From positions 1 through 64,000 of the forward strand of contig JALUTT010000048.1 of assembly GCA_027021705.1 (NCBI GenBank): a DNA stretch of 64,000 nucleotides, in the 5' to 3' direction. The notes beneath the pieces were generated by a model, which worked only from the letters and a program-made list of their open reading frames with translations, was not told where the DNA came from and did no database searches. Below are positions 20,261-29,255 of this stretch, in pieces (position 1 is the first letter of the stretch; the number at the start of each line of letters is the position of its first letter). The position numbers and the translations under genes are program-made. This stretch comes from Anaerolineae bacterium (GTDB lineage: Bacteria; Chloroflexota; Anaerolineae; S140-20).

Positions 20261-22459
20261 ATGACGAAACAGCGCAGACGAAGTGGATTCAAGGCGATTT
20301 TGGCAGGTATCTTCCTCTTCGGGATGATCCTCATCGGGGCTGCCGTCAGCAGCCGACCGGCATCGGCCCAGTTCGGCACCGATGTCTACGTGATCGGGGA
20401 CTTCGTGCGCAACGGCCAGTTCAACGTCTACAACTCCATCAGCGAGACACCCTACGGCTGGTGGTTCGACGTCTCGCCGGGGTACCCCACCAAGGTGGTC
20501 TTCGACGGCACGAACCCGGTGCTGCGGATCCAGCCCTCACTCTCACTCTCGTTCAACCCCTATCTCTTCGTCTGGCAGGAGATCCCCGTGCCCAGGCGCA
20601 CCGAGTTCGCCACCCTCTCGTTCAAGTATCGCCTGGTGCCGGACCAGGGGCAGGCCCGCATCCGGGTCCAGTTCGAGACCGACACGGGGAGGGTGCTGGG
20701 GAACACGACCTTCACCTCTTCCTGGTATTCCAGCGATTCGGGGTGGATCACCGACACGACGGACCTGCCCGCCTCCTTCGTCCAGGAGTTCGACACCGCC
20801 TACGCCAACGGCGAGCGGGTGCGCCTGGTCATCGGCTATGAGCGCTCCCAGGATGACAACTCCTACGTGCTCCTGGACGACATCTCCCTCTGGATCTGGG
20901 GATGGCGCTTCCAGCCCTTCCTGGGCGGGGCCATCGCCTTCATCGGCCAGAACAGCAGCGGGCAGTACACGGTGGAGTGGATTTACCCCGACGGCGACAA
21001 CCGCACGACCGTCTGGACCTACCCGAGCGGCACGACGGTCAAGCTGTGGAAGCCTGCCTGGCGGCCGGACGGCAAGGAGATCGCCTTCGCCAGCGGCCAC
21101 GAGGCCGGGGCGTCCCCCTACCTGACCGACATCTACGCCATCAAGCCCGACGGCAGCGACCTGCGGCGCGTGACCAACCCTCCCGCGATGGCCGACGTCC
21201 AGAGCGGGTACCAGTACGGTACCGTCACCGGCCGTCTGTACAACAACTACGGCTCGGTGACCTCGATGTTCATCTACGTCGAGGGGGCCAAGAGCCTGCT
21301 CCCCCACTATCCGAACGCCTACGGAGATACCACCTCTTTCACCATCTCCAATGTGGCCGATCTGGGCGCCGGCAAGAACCAGAACCTCTACATCACCTGG
21401 GGCGACGGTTCCTGCTCGACGGGGGTCGAGTGGGAGCTGGGCACGACCATTGACGTGCAGCCCGGCCAGACGATAGACATCGGCACCATCACCTTCGACG
21501 GGGACTGTAACAAGTTCGAGGCCTCCAACCCCACCTGGAAGCAAGACGGTTCAGAGGTCGGCTTCTCGGGTGCCGCCTTGGCCAAGCGGGCTCAGGTTGA
21601 CGGCGAAGCCCTGGGCCGCGACCTCTTCAACTCCAGCGCCGGGATGGTGGGCAACGACCTGGACTGGTCGCCCGCTAACGACACCGTTCTCTTCCAAGGG
21701 GAGAGCAGCGGCGTCTTCGGCATCTTCCACGTGGCGGTGGGCGGCAGTTCGGCGACCCAGCGGGTCCTCGATTCCCAGTTCGCGGGAGCGGTCACCGAGG
21801 AGCAGGCTTGGTTACCGGACGGCTCCACCTTCGTCTACTCCACCTCCGACGGCCAGATCTACGAGTACAATCCCAACGGCAGCGATAAGCAGTTGCTGGC
21901 GCTGAACAACGAGTCTGTCAAGGGGCTCTCGGTCTCACCGGACGGGGATTACATCGTCTTCGAGCGGGTGATGCGGACTTCGCACGAGCTGTGGATCCTC
22001 TACCGCCCGCAACCCAACATCTTCTGGCCGCTGGTGACGGACTTCGCCACCGACCCCGACTGGAGCCGGAGCAACCCGGTGCTCCCCACGCCGTCCATTT
22101 CCATCAACGACGTGACGGTGACGGAGGGGGACAGCGGGACCACCAACGCCACCTTCACCGTCTCCCTCTCCAAGGCCGGCAGCAACACCATCACGGTGGA
22201 CTACGCGACGGCCGACGGGACGGCCACGGCCGGCAGCGACTACACGGCGGCCAGTGGCACGCTGACCTTCAACGCCGGCGAGACCAGCAAGACCATCACC
22301 GTCCAGGTCATCGGCGACACGGTGGACGAGAGCAACGAGACCTTCTACGTCAACCTGACCAACCCCACCAACGCCACCATCGCCGACGGCCAGGGCGTGG
22401 GCACCATCCAGGATGACGATGGAGGGCACTCGGTCTACCTGCCGTTGGTGATCCGATAG
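20261..22459 (+). CDS. secreted TolB/PD40-like beta-propeller protein with one Calx-beta and C-terminal VYLPLVIR
   Basis: PAWRPDGKEIAF, IYAIKPDGSDLRRVT, SVSPDGDYIVF; terminal Calx-beta. Confidence 0.82.
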   Translation: MTKQRRRSGFKAILAGIFLFGMILIGAAVSSRPASAQFGTDVYVIGDFVRNGQFNVYNSISETPYGWWFDVSPGYPTKVVFDGTNPVLRIQPSLSLSFNPYLFVWQEIPVPRRTEFATLSFKYRLVPDQGQARIRVQFETDTGRVLGNTTFTSSWYSSDSGWITDTTDLPASFVQEFDTAYANGERVRLVIGYERSQDDNSYVLLDDISLWIWGWRFQPFLGGAIAFIGQNSSGQYTVEWIYPDGDNRTTVWTYPSGTTVKLWKPAWRPDGKEIAFASGHEAGASPYLTDIYAIKPDGSDLRRVTNPPAMADVQSGYQYGTVTGRLYNNYGSVTSMFIYVEGAKSLLPHYPNAYGDTTSFTISNVADLGAGKNQNLYITWGDGSCSTGVEWELGTTIDVQPGQTIDIGTITFDGDCNKFEASNPTWKQDGSEVGFSGAALAKRAQVDGEALGRDLFNSSAGMVGNDLDWSPANDTVLFQGESSGVFGIFHVAVGGSSATQRVLDSQFAGAVTEEQAWLPDGSTFVYSTSDGQIYEYNPNGSDKQLLALNNESVKGLSVSPDGDYIVFERVMRTSHELWILYRPQPNIFWPLVTDFATDPDWSRSNPVLPTPSISINDVTVTEGDSGTTNATFTVSLSKAGSNTITVDYATADGTATAGSDYTAASGTLTFNAGETSKTITVQVIGDTVDESNETFYVNLTNPTNATIADGQGVGTIQDDDGGHSVYLPLVIR

Positions 22460-22543
22460 GGCGGGATACACCACCCGATACCCGTCTGACCACCGGTACG
22501 ATGACCCAATCACGAGACCGTTCTGAAACACGGAGGGAACCTG

Positions 22544-23371
22544 ATGACACACAGACGTTTTGTCCTTTGGATAGCCTTGATCCTGGCCCTCGTAGCGACG
22601 GCCTGTAGCGGCGGCGGCGAGGGCGGCACCGAGGGCGGCGGCGAGGGCGGCGGCAAAGAGGCCGGACTGACCATCCTGGAGGCCACCTTTGCCCAAGATG
22701 TGAGCGAGGATATGGAGCCCATCAACCCGACCACCTCGTTCACACCGGAGCAGACTGTCAACCTGCTGCTCACCATCAAGGGTCGCCCCAAGGAGGGCGA
22801 GGTGCTGGCCCGCTTCTACGTCCGCGATCAGGAGATCGCCTCTGCCACCGTGGACCTGGCCGAAGCCAACGAGGGCGTCATCTTCTCCATCGGCGAGAAC
22901 ACGCGTGTCTACTTCACGCTGACGCCCACCGAACCGCTTCCCGTGAGCCCCAACTACCGTGCCGAGGTTTTCCTGAACGGTTCGCCGGCGGGCACCTACA
23001 CCTTCGCCGTGGTGCCCCCTCCGGAGGCCATCCCCTCCCGCCTCATCGAGGTCACCCTGGCCAAGGGGGTGAAGGAGACGCCGGAGACCTACGAGCCGGT
23101 GGAGCCGACCACCACTTTTGCGTCCGACGATGCGGTCTACGTCGTGGGCGTGGCCGATATGGGCAAGTACTCGCGCCTAGAGGTCAACTGGTACGTGGGC
23201 GGCCAGCTTGTCGAGGATGCCACGCGCTCGCTGACGGCCCAAGAGGACCTGCCGGAGGCCGGTTTCTACTTCGTCTTCCAGCCGGAAGCGGGCTGGCCGG
23301 CCGGGGAGCACCAAGTCGTGCTGCTCCTCAACGACGAGGAGGTGCAGCGGCTGACGTTCACGGTTCGATAG
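22544..23371 (+). CDS. lipoprotein with two similar beta-rich domains, function unknown
   Basis: GGAGG RBS; lipobox VATAC; internal duplication (T.A..V.E..EP..PTT.F). Confidence 0.8.
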   Translation: MTHRRFVLWIALILALVATACSGGGEGGTEGGGEGGGKEAGLTILEATFAQDVSEDMEPINPTTSFTPEQTVNLLLTIKGRPKEGEVLARFYVRDQEIASATVDLAEANEGVIFSIGENTRVYFTLTPTEPLPVSPNYRAEVFLNGSPAGTYTFAVVPPPEAIPSRLIEVTLAKGVKETPETYEPVEPTTTFASDDAVYVVGVADMGKYSRLEVNWYVGGQLVEDATRSLTAQEDLPEAGFYFVFQPEAGWPAGEHQVVLLLNDEEVQRLTFTVR

Positions 23372-23465
23372 GACAAGGGGGAAAGGAGGTGGGAATGCGC
23401 ATTCCAGAGGGTCTTGCCATCGGTCGCCGTTGAGTCCGATAGGACGAGGGGGAAAGGGGGTGTGA

Positions 23466-23756
23466 ATGGCCAGGAAGTACGTGGGAGTTTTGGTGGCGGT
23501 GATGCTGATCGCCCTACCGGTGGTGGGGAGCATCGCCCACGCCCAGGGGGGCAGCGGATACGGCCTCTCGTGGTGGACGGCCGACGGCGGTGGGGGAATG
23601 CTGAGCGGCGGCAACTATGCGCTTGGCGCCACCGTCGGCCAGCCCGACGCCAGCACGGCCCTCGCCGGAGGGAACTACACTCTGGTGGGTGGCTTCTGGG
23701 GGGCCGGCACCGCCGGCTACCAGGTCTATCTGCCCGTCGTCCTGCGGAACCGGTGA
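23466..23756 (+). CDS. small secreted protein, paralog of 13162 (YGLSWWTADGGGG...GGFW...VYLPVVLRNR)
   Basis: Same length and highly similar mature region to 13162..13452. Confidence 0.85.
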   Translation: MARKYVGVLVAVMLIALPVVGSIAHAQGGSGYGLSWWTADGGGGMLSGGNYALGATVGQPDASTALAGGNYTLVGGFWGAGTAGYQVYLPVVLRNR

Positions 23757-23840
23757 GCAGCCGGTGGGTCCGCCGGACAAGGGCGCCGATGAACGAAACG
23801 AGGACGAGGGGACGAATAGGTCAGAAAGAGAGGGAGGGCA

Positions 23841-26800
23841 ATGCAAGCTCAACGTTGGAAGTACCTACTGGTCGGTCTGGGTCTTGTGCTGGCGTTGGTG
23901 GTGCTGGTGGTGGGGCTCCCCCTGGCCGCCCGCGCTCAGGGGCCGGCGCCTCAGGGGGCGACGGCGGCCCTGGGCACCGCTTTCACTTACCAGGGTCGGC
24001 TGACCGAGGGCAACAACCTGGCCAACGGCACCTACGACTTCCAGTTCAAGCTCTACGACGCCGGGACGGGCGGCTCCCAGGTGGGCAGCACCGTGACCAA
24101 GAGCGGGGTGAGCGTGAGCGAGGGTCTCTTCAGCGTGGAGTTGGACTTTGGGGATGTCTTTGACGGGACGGCCCTGTGGCTGGAGGTGGCGGTGAAGAAG
24201 CCGTCGGAGAGCAGCTACACGACGCTGGGCCGGCAGGAGCTGACGGCGGCTCCCTATGCGGCCTACGCCCGGAAGGCCCCCTGGAGCGGGCTGACGGGGG
24301 TGCCGGCCGGCTTCGCCGACAACACGGACAACGACACGCTGGCCGGGCTCTCGTGCAGCAGCGGCCAGATCGCCGAGTGGAATGGCAGCCAGTGGGTCTG
24401 CGGCACGGACGACACCGGTGGGGGAGGGGGCTCCTGGTCGCTGACCGGTAACGCCGGTACCAACCCGAACACCAACTTCCTGGGCACCACGGACAGCCAG
24501 CCTCTGGAGGTCCGGGTCAACAACCAACGGGCTTTGCGCATCGAGCCGGGCAGCAGCCCTAACCTCATCGGCGGCTATAGCGGCAACAGCGTGACCGCCG
24601 GGGTGGTGGGAGCCGTCATCGGTGGTGGTGGTGCTTCAGGTAACATCAATCGGGTCTCCGCTGATTATGCCACCGTGGGCGGGGGTGACAACAACACCGC
24701 CAGCGGCATCAACGCCACCGTGAGCGGTGGCAGCGGCAACACCGCCAGCGGCAACCTCGCCACCGTGGGCGGGGGCACCGACAACACCGCCAGCGACTTC
24801 GGAGCCACCATAGGCGGGGGTCTTGGGAACACGGCCGCCGTCACCGGCACGGTCATCGGGGGTGGTCAGGGCAACCTGATCACCGGGACGGCTCAATACG
24901 CCACCGTGGGTGGCGGCTCTTGGAACACGGCCGCCGTCACCGGCACGGTCATCGGGGGTGGTCAGAGCAACCTGATCACCGGGACGGCCCAGTACGCCAC
25001 CGTGGGCGGGGGCCAGGGCAACCTGATCGCCGGGACGGCTCAATACGCCACCGTGGGTGGCGGCTCTTGGAACACGGCCGCCGTCACCGGTACGGTCATC
25101 GGGGGTGGTCAGAGCAACCTGATCACCGGGACGGCCCAGTACGCCACCGTGGGCGGGGGCCAGGGCAACCTGATCGCCGGGACGGCTCAATACGCCACCG
25201 TGGGCGGGGGCCAGTCCAACGCCGCAGGCGGCGACTACGCTACCGTGGGCGGGGGCGCGTTCAACACCGCCGGCGGTAGCTCTGCCACCGTGGGCGGGGG
25301 CCAGTCCAACACCGCCGACGGCACTTTCGCCACCGTGGGTGGCGGCCTTGGGAGCACGGCCTCCGTCACCGGCACGGTCATCGGAGGTGGTCAGGGCAAC
25401 CTGATCACCGGGACGGCCCAGTACGCCACCGTGGGCGGGGGCCAGGGCAACCTGATCACCGGGACGGCTCAATACGCCACCGTGGGCGGGGGCCAGGGCA
25501 ACCTGATCACCGGGACGGCTCAATACGCCACCGTGGGCGGGGGCCAGGGCAACACCGCCAATGGCGCTTTCGCCACCGTGGGTGGCGGCTCTTGGAACAC
25601 GGCCGCCGTCACCGGCACGGTCATCGGAGGTGGTCAGGGCAACCTGATCACCGGGACGGCCCAGTACGCCACCGTGGGCGGGGGCGCGTTCAACACCGTC
25701 AGTGGCACCCATGCCTTCGTGGGCGGGGGCGAGAATAACACAGCCTCCGCCGAGGATACCACCGTTGCCGGCGGTGTGGGCAACGTGGCCAGCGCCAGCG
25801 GCGCCTTCGTGGGTGGCGGTGGCACGGACGGCGTGCTCCAGGGTGGGAACCAGGCAAAGGCTCCTGCCTCCGCTATCGTGGGCGGCCTGGGCAACGTGGT
25901 TGAGCAAAGCGCTGGAACGTCGTTCATCGGCGGCGGGTTCAGCAACCTGATCACGGCCACCTATGGCACCATTGCCGGTGGCTACAACATCACCGTCACC
26001 GGCCAGTATGCCACCGTGGGCGGGGGTGCTGCCAACACCGCCAGCGACGGTGCTGCCACCGTGGGCGGGGGCGACAGCAATACCGCCAGCAGCGGTTGGG
26101 CCACCGTGGGCGGGGGTGTCGTCAACACCGCCAGCGGCCTCGCCGCCACCGTGCCGGGTGGCCATAGCAACACCGCTGCCGGGGACTACAGCTTCGCCGC
26201 CGGGCGGCGGGCCAAGGCCAACCACGGTGGCGCTTTCGTCTGGGGCGACAACACCAATGCCGACATCAACTCCCCGGCAGCCAACACCTTCGTCGTGCGG
26301 GCTAACGGTGGCATCTGGTTTGGCCGGGCTACAGGGGCCATCACCCCTGTCATCGGGAGCGGCGTCTTCATCAGCACCTCCACCCGCGCCTACCTCTCCG
26401 ACGCCGGCGTCTGGACCGATGTCTCCGACCGCAACGCCAAGGAGAACTTCCGGCCGGTGGACCCCCAGGCGGTGCTGGAGAAGGTAGCCCAACTGCCCAT
26501 CACCACCTGGAACTACAAGGCCGAGGACCCCTCGGTGCGCCACCTGGGGCCCACGGCCCAGGACTTCTACGCCGCTTTCGGCCTGGGGGCCGATGACACG
26601 CACATCGCCTCGCTGGACAGCAGCGGCGTGGCCCTGGCCGCCGTCCAAGGGCTCTACGAGCGCAACCGGGCGCTCGAGGCCGAAAACGCCGAACTGCGCA
26701 CCCGGGTGGAGGCCCTGGAGCAGGAGAACGCCGCCCAACAGGCTCAGATCGAGGCCCTGGAGGCCCGGCTGGACGCCCTGGAGGGACGCCGCTCAGGGCC

Positions 26801-26894
26801 GATGGGCCACCTCACGCCCTCCTTGTCGGCCGGCGCGCTCCTCCTGGTGGGAGCCCTGGCCTGGGTCGAGCGCCGGCGTCGCCCCTCATCGTGA
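23841..26894 (+). CDS. trimeric fibre adhesin-like protein with FTYQGRL domain, 15/17-aa GGG repeats, S74 chaperone, coiled coil, C-terminal TM segment
   Basis: SDRNAKENF...HLGPTAQDFYAAFGLG; tail LSAGALLLVGALAWVERRRR; paralog of 15005. Confidence 0.88.
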   Translation: MQAQRWKYLLVGLGLVLALVVLVVGLPLAARAQGPAPQGATAALGTAFTYQGRLTEGNNLANGTYDFQFKLYDAGTGGSQVGSTVTKSGVSVSEGLFSVELDFGDVFDGTALWLEVAVKKPSESSYTTLGRQELTAAPYAAYARKAPWSGLTGVPAGFADNTDNDTLAGLSCSSGQIAEWNGSQWVCGTDDTGGGGGSWSLTGNAGTNPNTNFLGTTDSQPLEVRVNNQRALRIEPGSSPNLIGGYSGNSVTAGVVGAVIGGGGASGNINRVSADYATVGGGDNNTASGINATVSGGSGNTASGNLATVGGGTDNTASDFGATIGGGLGNTAAVTGTVIGGGQGNLITGTAQYATVGGGSWNTAAVTGTVIGGGQSNLITGTAQYATVGGGQGNLIAGTAQYATVGGGSWNTAAVTGTVIGGGQSNLITGTAQYATVGGGQGNLIAGTAQYATVGGGQSNAAGGDYATVGGGAFNTAGGSSATVGGGQSNTADGTFATVGGGLGSTASVTGTVIGGGQGNLITGTAQYATVGGGQGNLITGTAQYATVGGGQGNLITGTAQYATVGGGQGNTANGAFATVGGGSWNTAAVTGTVIGGGQGNLITGTAQYATVGGGAFNTVSGTHAFVGGGENNTASAEDTTVAGGVGNVASASGAFVGGGGTDGVLQGGNQAKAPASAIVGGLGNVVEQSAGTSFIGGGFSNLITATYGTIAGGYNITVTGQYATVGGGAANTASDGAATVGGGDSNTASSGWATVGGGVVNTASGLAATVPGGHSNTAAGDYSFAAGRRAKANHGGAFVWGDNTNADINSPAANTFVVRANGGIWFGRATGAITPVIGSGVFISTSTRAYLSDAGVWTDVSDRNAKENFRPVDPQAVLEKVAQLPITTWNYKAEDPSVRHLGPTAQDFYAAFGLGADDTHIASLDSSGVALAAVQGLYERNRALEAENAELRTRVEALEQENAAQQAQIEALEARLDALEGRRSGPMGHLTPSLSAGALLLVGALAWVERRRRPSS

Positions 26895-26927
26895 GCGTGA
26901 CCCAAGGAGGTTGATGGAGGCTGAAGG

Positions 26928-26953
26928 GAGGGGCAGCCCGCGAGCTGCCCCTC
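26928..26953. terminator. stem-loop at end of the surface-protein island
   Basis: gaggggcagc-ccgcga-gctgcccctc. Confidence 0.45.
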
Positions 26954-27043
26954 CACACCTTCCAACAGGTTCCGGTCCCACCCTAACGTCAAGCCACCTC
27001 CCTCCGCGCCAACGTGGAGGGGAGCGGATGCCAAGGGGTGTTC

Positions 27044-27072
27044 TTGACGGGTTCCCGTCCCGGTCTTATAAT
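27044..27072 (+). promoter_or_regulatory. sigma70-type promoter
   Basis: TTGACG-17 bp-TATAAT. Confidence 0.75.
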
Positions 27073-27118
27073 CCGCTCAGATCGAGACCGCAGAGTGGGG
27101 GAACCGGAGAGGGTAACG

Positions 27119-27227
27119 GTTCACCCTCCCGCAGGTTAGGCGCGTTTCCGACGCGAAACCGTGCTTCAAATAGCCCATCGGGGCTGAAAGTGGCCTCGAC
27201 CGGTGACCTGCGGGAGGGTAGGCTGAA
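27119..27227 (+). repeat. dispersed ~110-bp REP/MITE-like element with CCCTCCCGCAGGT/ACCTGCGGGAGGG inverted ends
   Basis: Near-identical to 33596-33704 and, inverted, to 53617-53726. Confidence 0.9.
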
Positions 27228-27245
27228 AGATACCGGAGAGGAAGC

Positions 27246-27491
27246 ATGGCAAGCCGATGGAGAAGGCGAGGGAGTGCAGATCTCTTCTGGCACCACGCCC
27301 GGGCGGCCGGCCGGGCCTACATCCGGGCCTGGCGCAGCCTGCTCCCCGATGCTTTTTGGGAGCACCGGAAAGAGGCCCACGCGGAACTGCGCCAGGCGGT
27401 CCAGGTCCTCATTGACACTGCTCTGGTGCGGATGGTGGGGGCACCTCCCCCGAAGAAGGGGCGGCGGCGGGGCAAGATTGACCTGGAGTAG
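27246..27491 (+). CDS. small helical hypothetical protein ending KIDLE
   Basis: GAGGA RBS; downstream of a strong promoter; converges on the ABC1 kinase gene. Confidence 0.65.
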   Translation: MASRWRRRGSADLFWHHARAAGRAYIRAWRSLLPDAFWEHRKEAHAELRQAVQVLIDTALVRMVGAPPPKKGRRRGKIDLE

Positions 27492-27496
27492 GTTTC

Positions 27497-29245
27497 TCAC
27501 TGCCGGGCCAGCCAGAGGAAACGCATTAGGGCAAGGAAAGCGGCGGCGAGTAGAAGCACTCCCAGGTGGTCAAGGCCGGCCCCGTAGCTCTGCACGCCGG
27601 CCAGCAACAACCCCACGAAGCCCACCATCCAGGCCAGCCGGACAATGCTCCGCTCCAGCCGCTCTAGGGAGCGGGTCATCCCCGTCGCCGGCTGCACCTG
27701 CACCGTCAGCTCCCCCCGCACCGCCAGGTCCAGGTAGCGATCCATCCGACCGGGCAACCGCAGGGAAACCTGAAGGAGTTCCCTCAGCGTCTCCAACAAG
27801 GTCAGCAGCAAGGCCGGAACCCTCTCCCCCGCCCGGCCTACCTCCTCCCAGACCAACTCCTGAGCGAAGGGTTGGAGCGCTTCCCAGACGTTGAAGTCGG
27901 GATCGAGCCCCACCGCCAGCCCGCTCAGGATGCCCAGGGTGCGCCCCAGGTAGAGCAAGTCGCTGGGGATCTGAAAGGGCATCTCGAAGAAGAGGTCTCG
28001 AAACTCCCAGGCCAGCTCACGCACTTCATGCAGGTCAATTTGCCGCATCTCCAGCAGGCTCTTGCCCCAGTAACGGTCCATAATCGCCTGCTCGGCCTGG
28101 GCAATGCGGTCCAGGTCTGCTCCGGGCAGGAGCATCCCCAGGGCCTGGTAGGCCCGCACCAGGCGCTGGGCATCGCGGGTGGCCAGGGCGATCACCGCTT
28201 CCCGCAGGTGCTCCCGCATCTCCGGCGTCACCCGGCCCACCATCCCGAAGTCCACGAAGACCAGCCGAAAGGGCTGCCCCTTCTCCCCGCCCCTTCCCTT
28301 CCCATCGTCCGGCGTTAGGGCTCTTCCCCCTCCCCGCCCTCCCTCCGGCCATGGCAGCGGCTGGACGAAGAGGTTGCCGGGATGAGGGTCGGCGTGGAAG
28401 AAGCCGTCCCGAAAGATCTGCTGGAGGTAGGTCTCCATCAGCCGCCGGGCCACCTCTTGGCGGCTGACGCCGGCGGCCTCGATGGCCGCGTAGTCGGTGA
28501 TCTTGATGGCGGTGACGTCTTCCAGCGTCAGGACCCGACGGGTGGTGTGGGACCAATGGACGGCGGGAACCCGAACACCGGGATGGTCCTGGAAGTTGTC
28601 GGCGAACTGCTCGGCGTTGCGCCCCTCGGTCAGGTAGTCCAGCTCCTCGAAGAGGGTGCGCCGGAACTCCTCGAAGAGCGCTTCCAGATCGGCCCGGCGT
28701 CGGATGGGTGGGTAGCGTTGCAGCCAGCCGATGACGGTGCGCAGGGCCGCCAGGTCCGTCTCCACCATCTCCCGAATCCGGGGGCGCTGGACCTTGACCA
28801 TCACCTCCGCCCCGTTGGGCAGGCAGGCCCGATGGACCTGCCCCAGGGAGGCGGCGGCGTGGGCTCGCTCCTCGAAGAGGCGAAAGCGCTGCGCCAGGGG
28901 GGCTTGAAGGTCCTCCTCCAGGATGACCCGGATCTCGGCGAAGGCCTCGGCCGGCACCTCGTCCTGAAGGCCGGCCAGTTCCTGGGTCACTTCGGTCGGG
29001 AGCAACTCCACGTGGACGCTGAGGAACTGGCCCAACTTGATGAGGACACCCCCCATCTCGACGGCCAGCGTCCGAAACTGACGGGCGATGCGCCGGTAGC
29101 GGTCTCGGGCCAGCCGGTTGACCAGGCGTGCGCCCAGCATGCGTCGGACCAGCAGGTCCCACCAGAGGAACGTTAGGATCGCCCGAAGGAAGAAGGTGAG
29201 GATACGCCGATAGCGGTAACGGAGGGATGAGGCCCCGGCTTTCAC
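27497..29245 (-). CDS. AarF/UbiB/ABC1 family atypical kinase
   Basis: GGVLIKLGQFLS, LQDEVP, AAASLGQVHRA, VKVQRP, FHADPHPGN, DFGMVG; C-terminal TM helices. Confidence 0.93.
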   Translation of the reverse strand: MKAGASSLRYRYRRILTFFLRAILTFLWWDLLVRRMLGARLVNRLARDRYRRIARQFRTLAVEMGGVLIKLGQFLSVHVELLPTEVTQELAGLQDEVPAEAFAEIRVILEEDLQAPLAQRFRLFEERAHAAASLGQVHRACLPNGAEVMVKVQRPRIREMVETDLAALRTVIGWLQRYPPIRRRADLEALFEEFRRTLFEELDYLTEGRNAEQFADNFQDHPGVRVPAVHWSHTTRRVLTLEDVTAIKITDYAAIEAAGVSRQEVARRLMETYLQQIFRDGFFHADPHPGNLFVQPLPWPEGGRGGGRALTPDDGKGRGGEKGQPFRLVFVDFGMVGRVTPEMREHLREAVIALATRDAQRLVRAYQALGMLLPGADLDRIAQAEQAIMDRYWGKSLLEMRQIDLHEVRELAWEFRDLFFEMPFQIPSDLLYLGRTLGILSGLAVGLDPDFNVWEALQPFAQELVWEEVGRAGERVPALLLTLLETLRELLQVSLRLPGRMDRYLDLAVRGELTVQVQPATGMTRSLERLERSIVRLAWMVGFVGLLLAGVQSYGAGLDHLGVLLLAAAFLALMRFLWLARQ

Positions 29246-29255
29246 AATGGGTCTC

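Noticed and set aside
11470..24375. Diversity-generating retroelement
   Set aside because: No reverse transcriptase; repeats are 5' constant regions without adenine-specific variation
15005..26894. Prophage tail-fibre region
   Set aside because: Fibre genes have Sec signal peptides and TM tails; no capsid, terminase, integrase or baseplate genes
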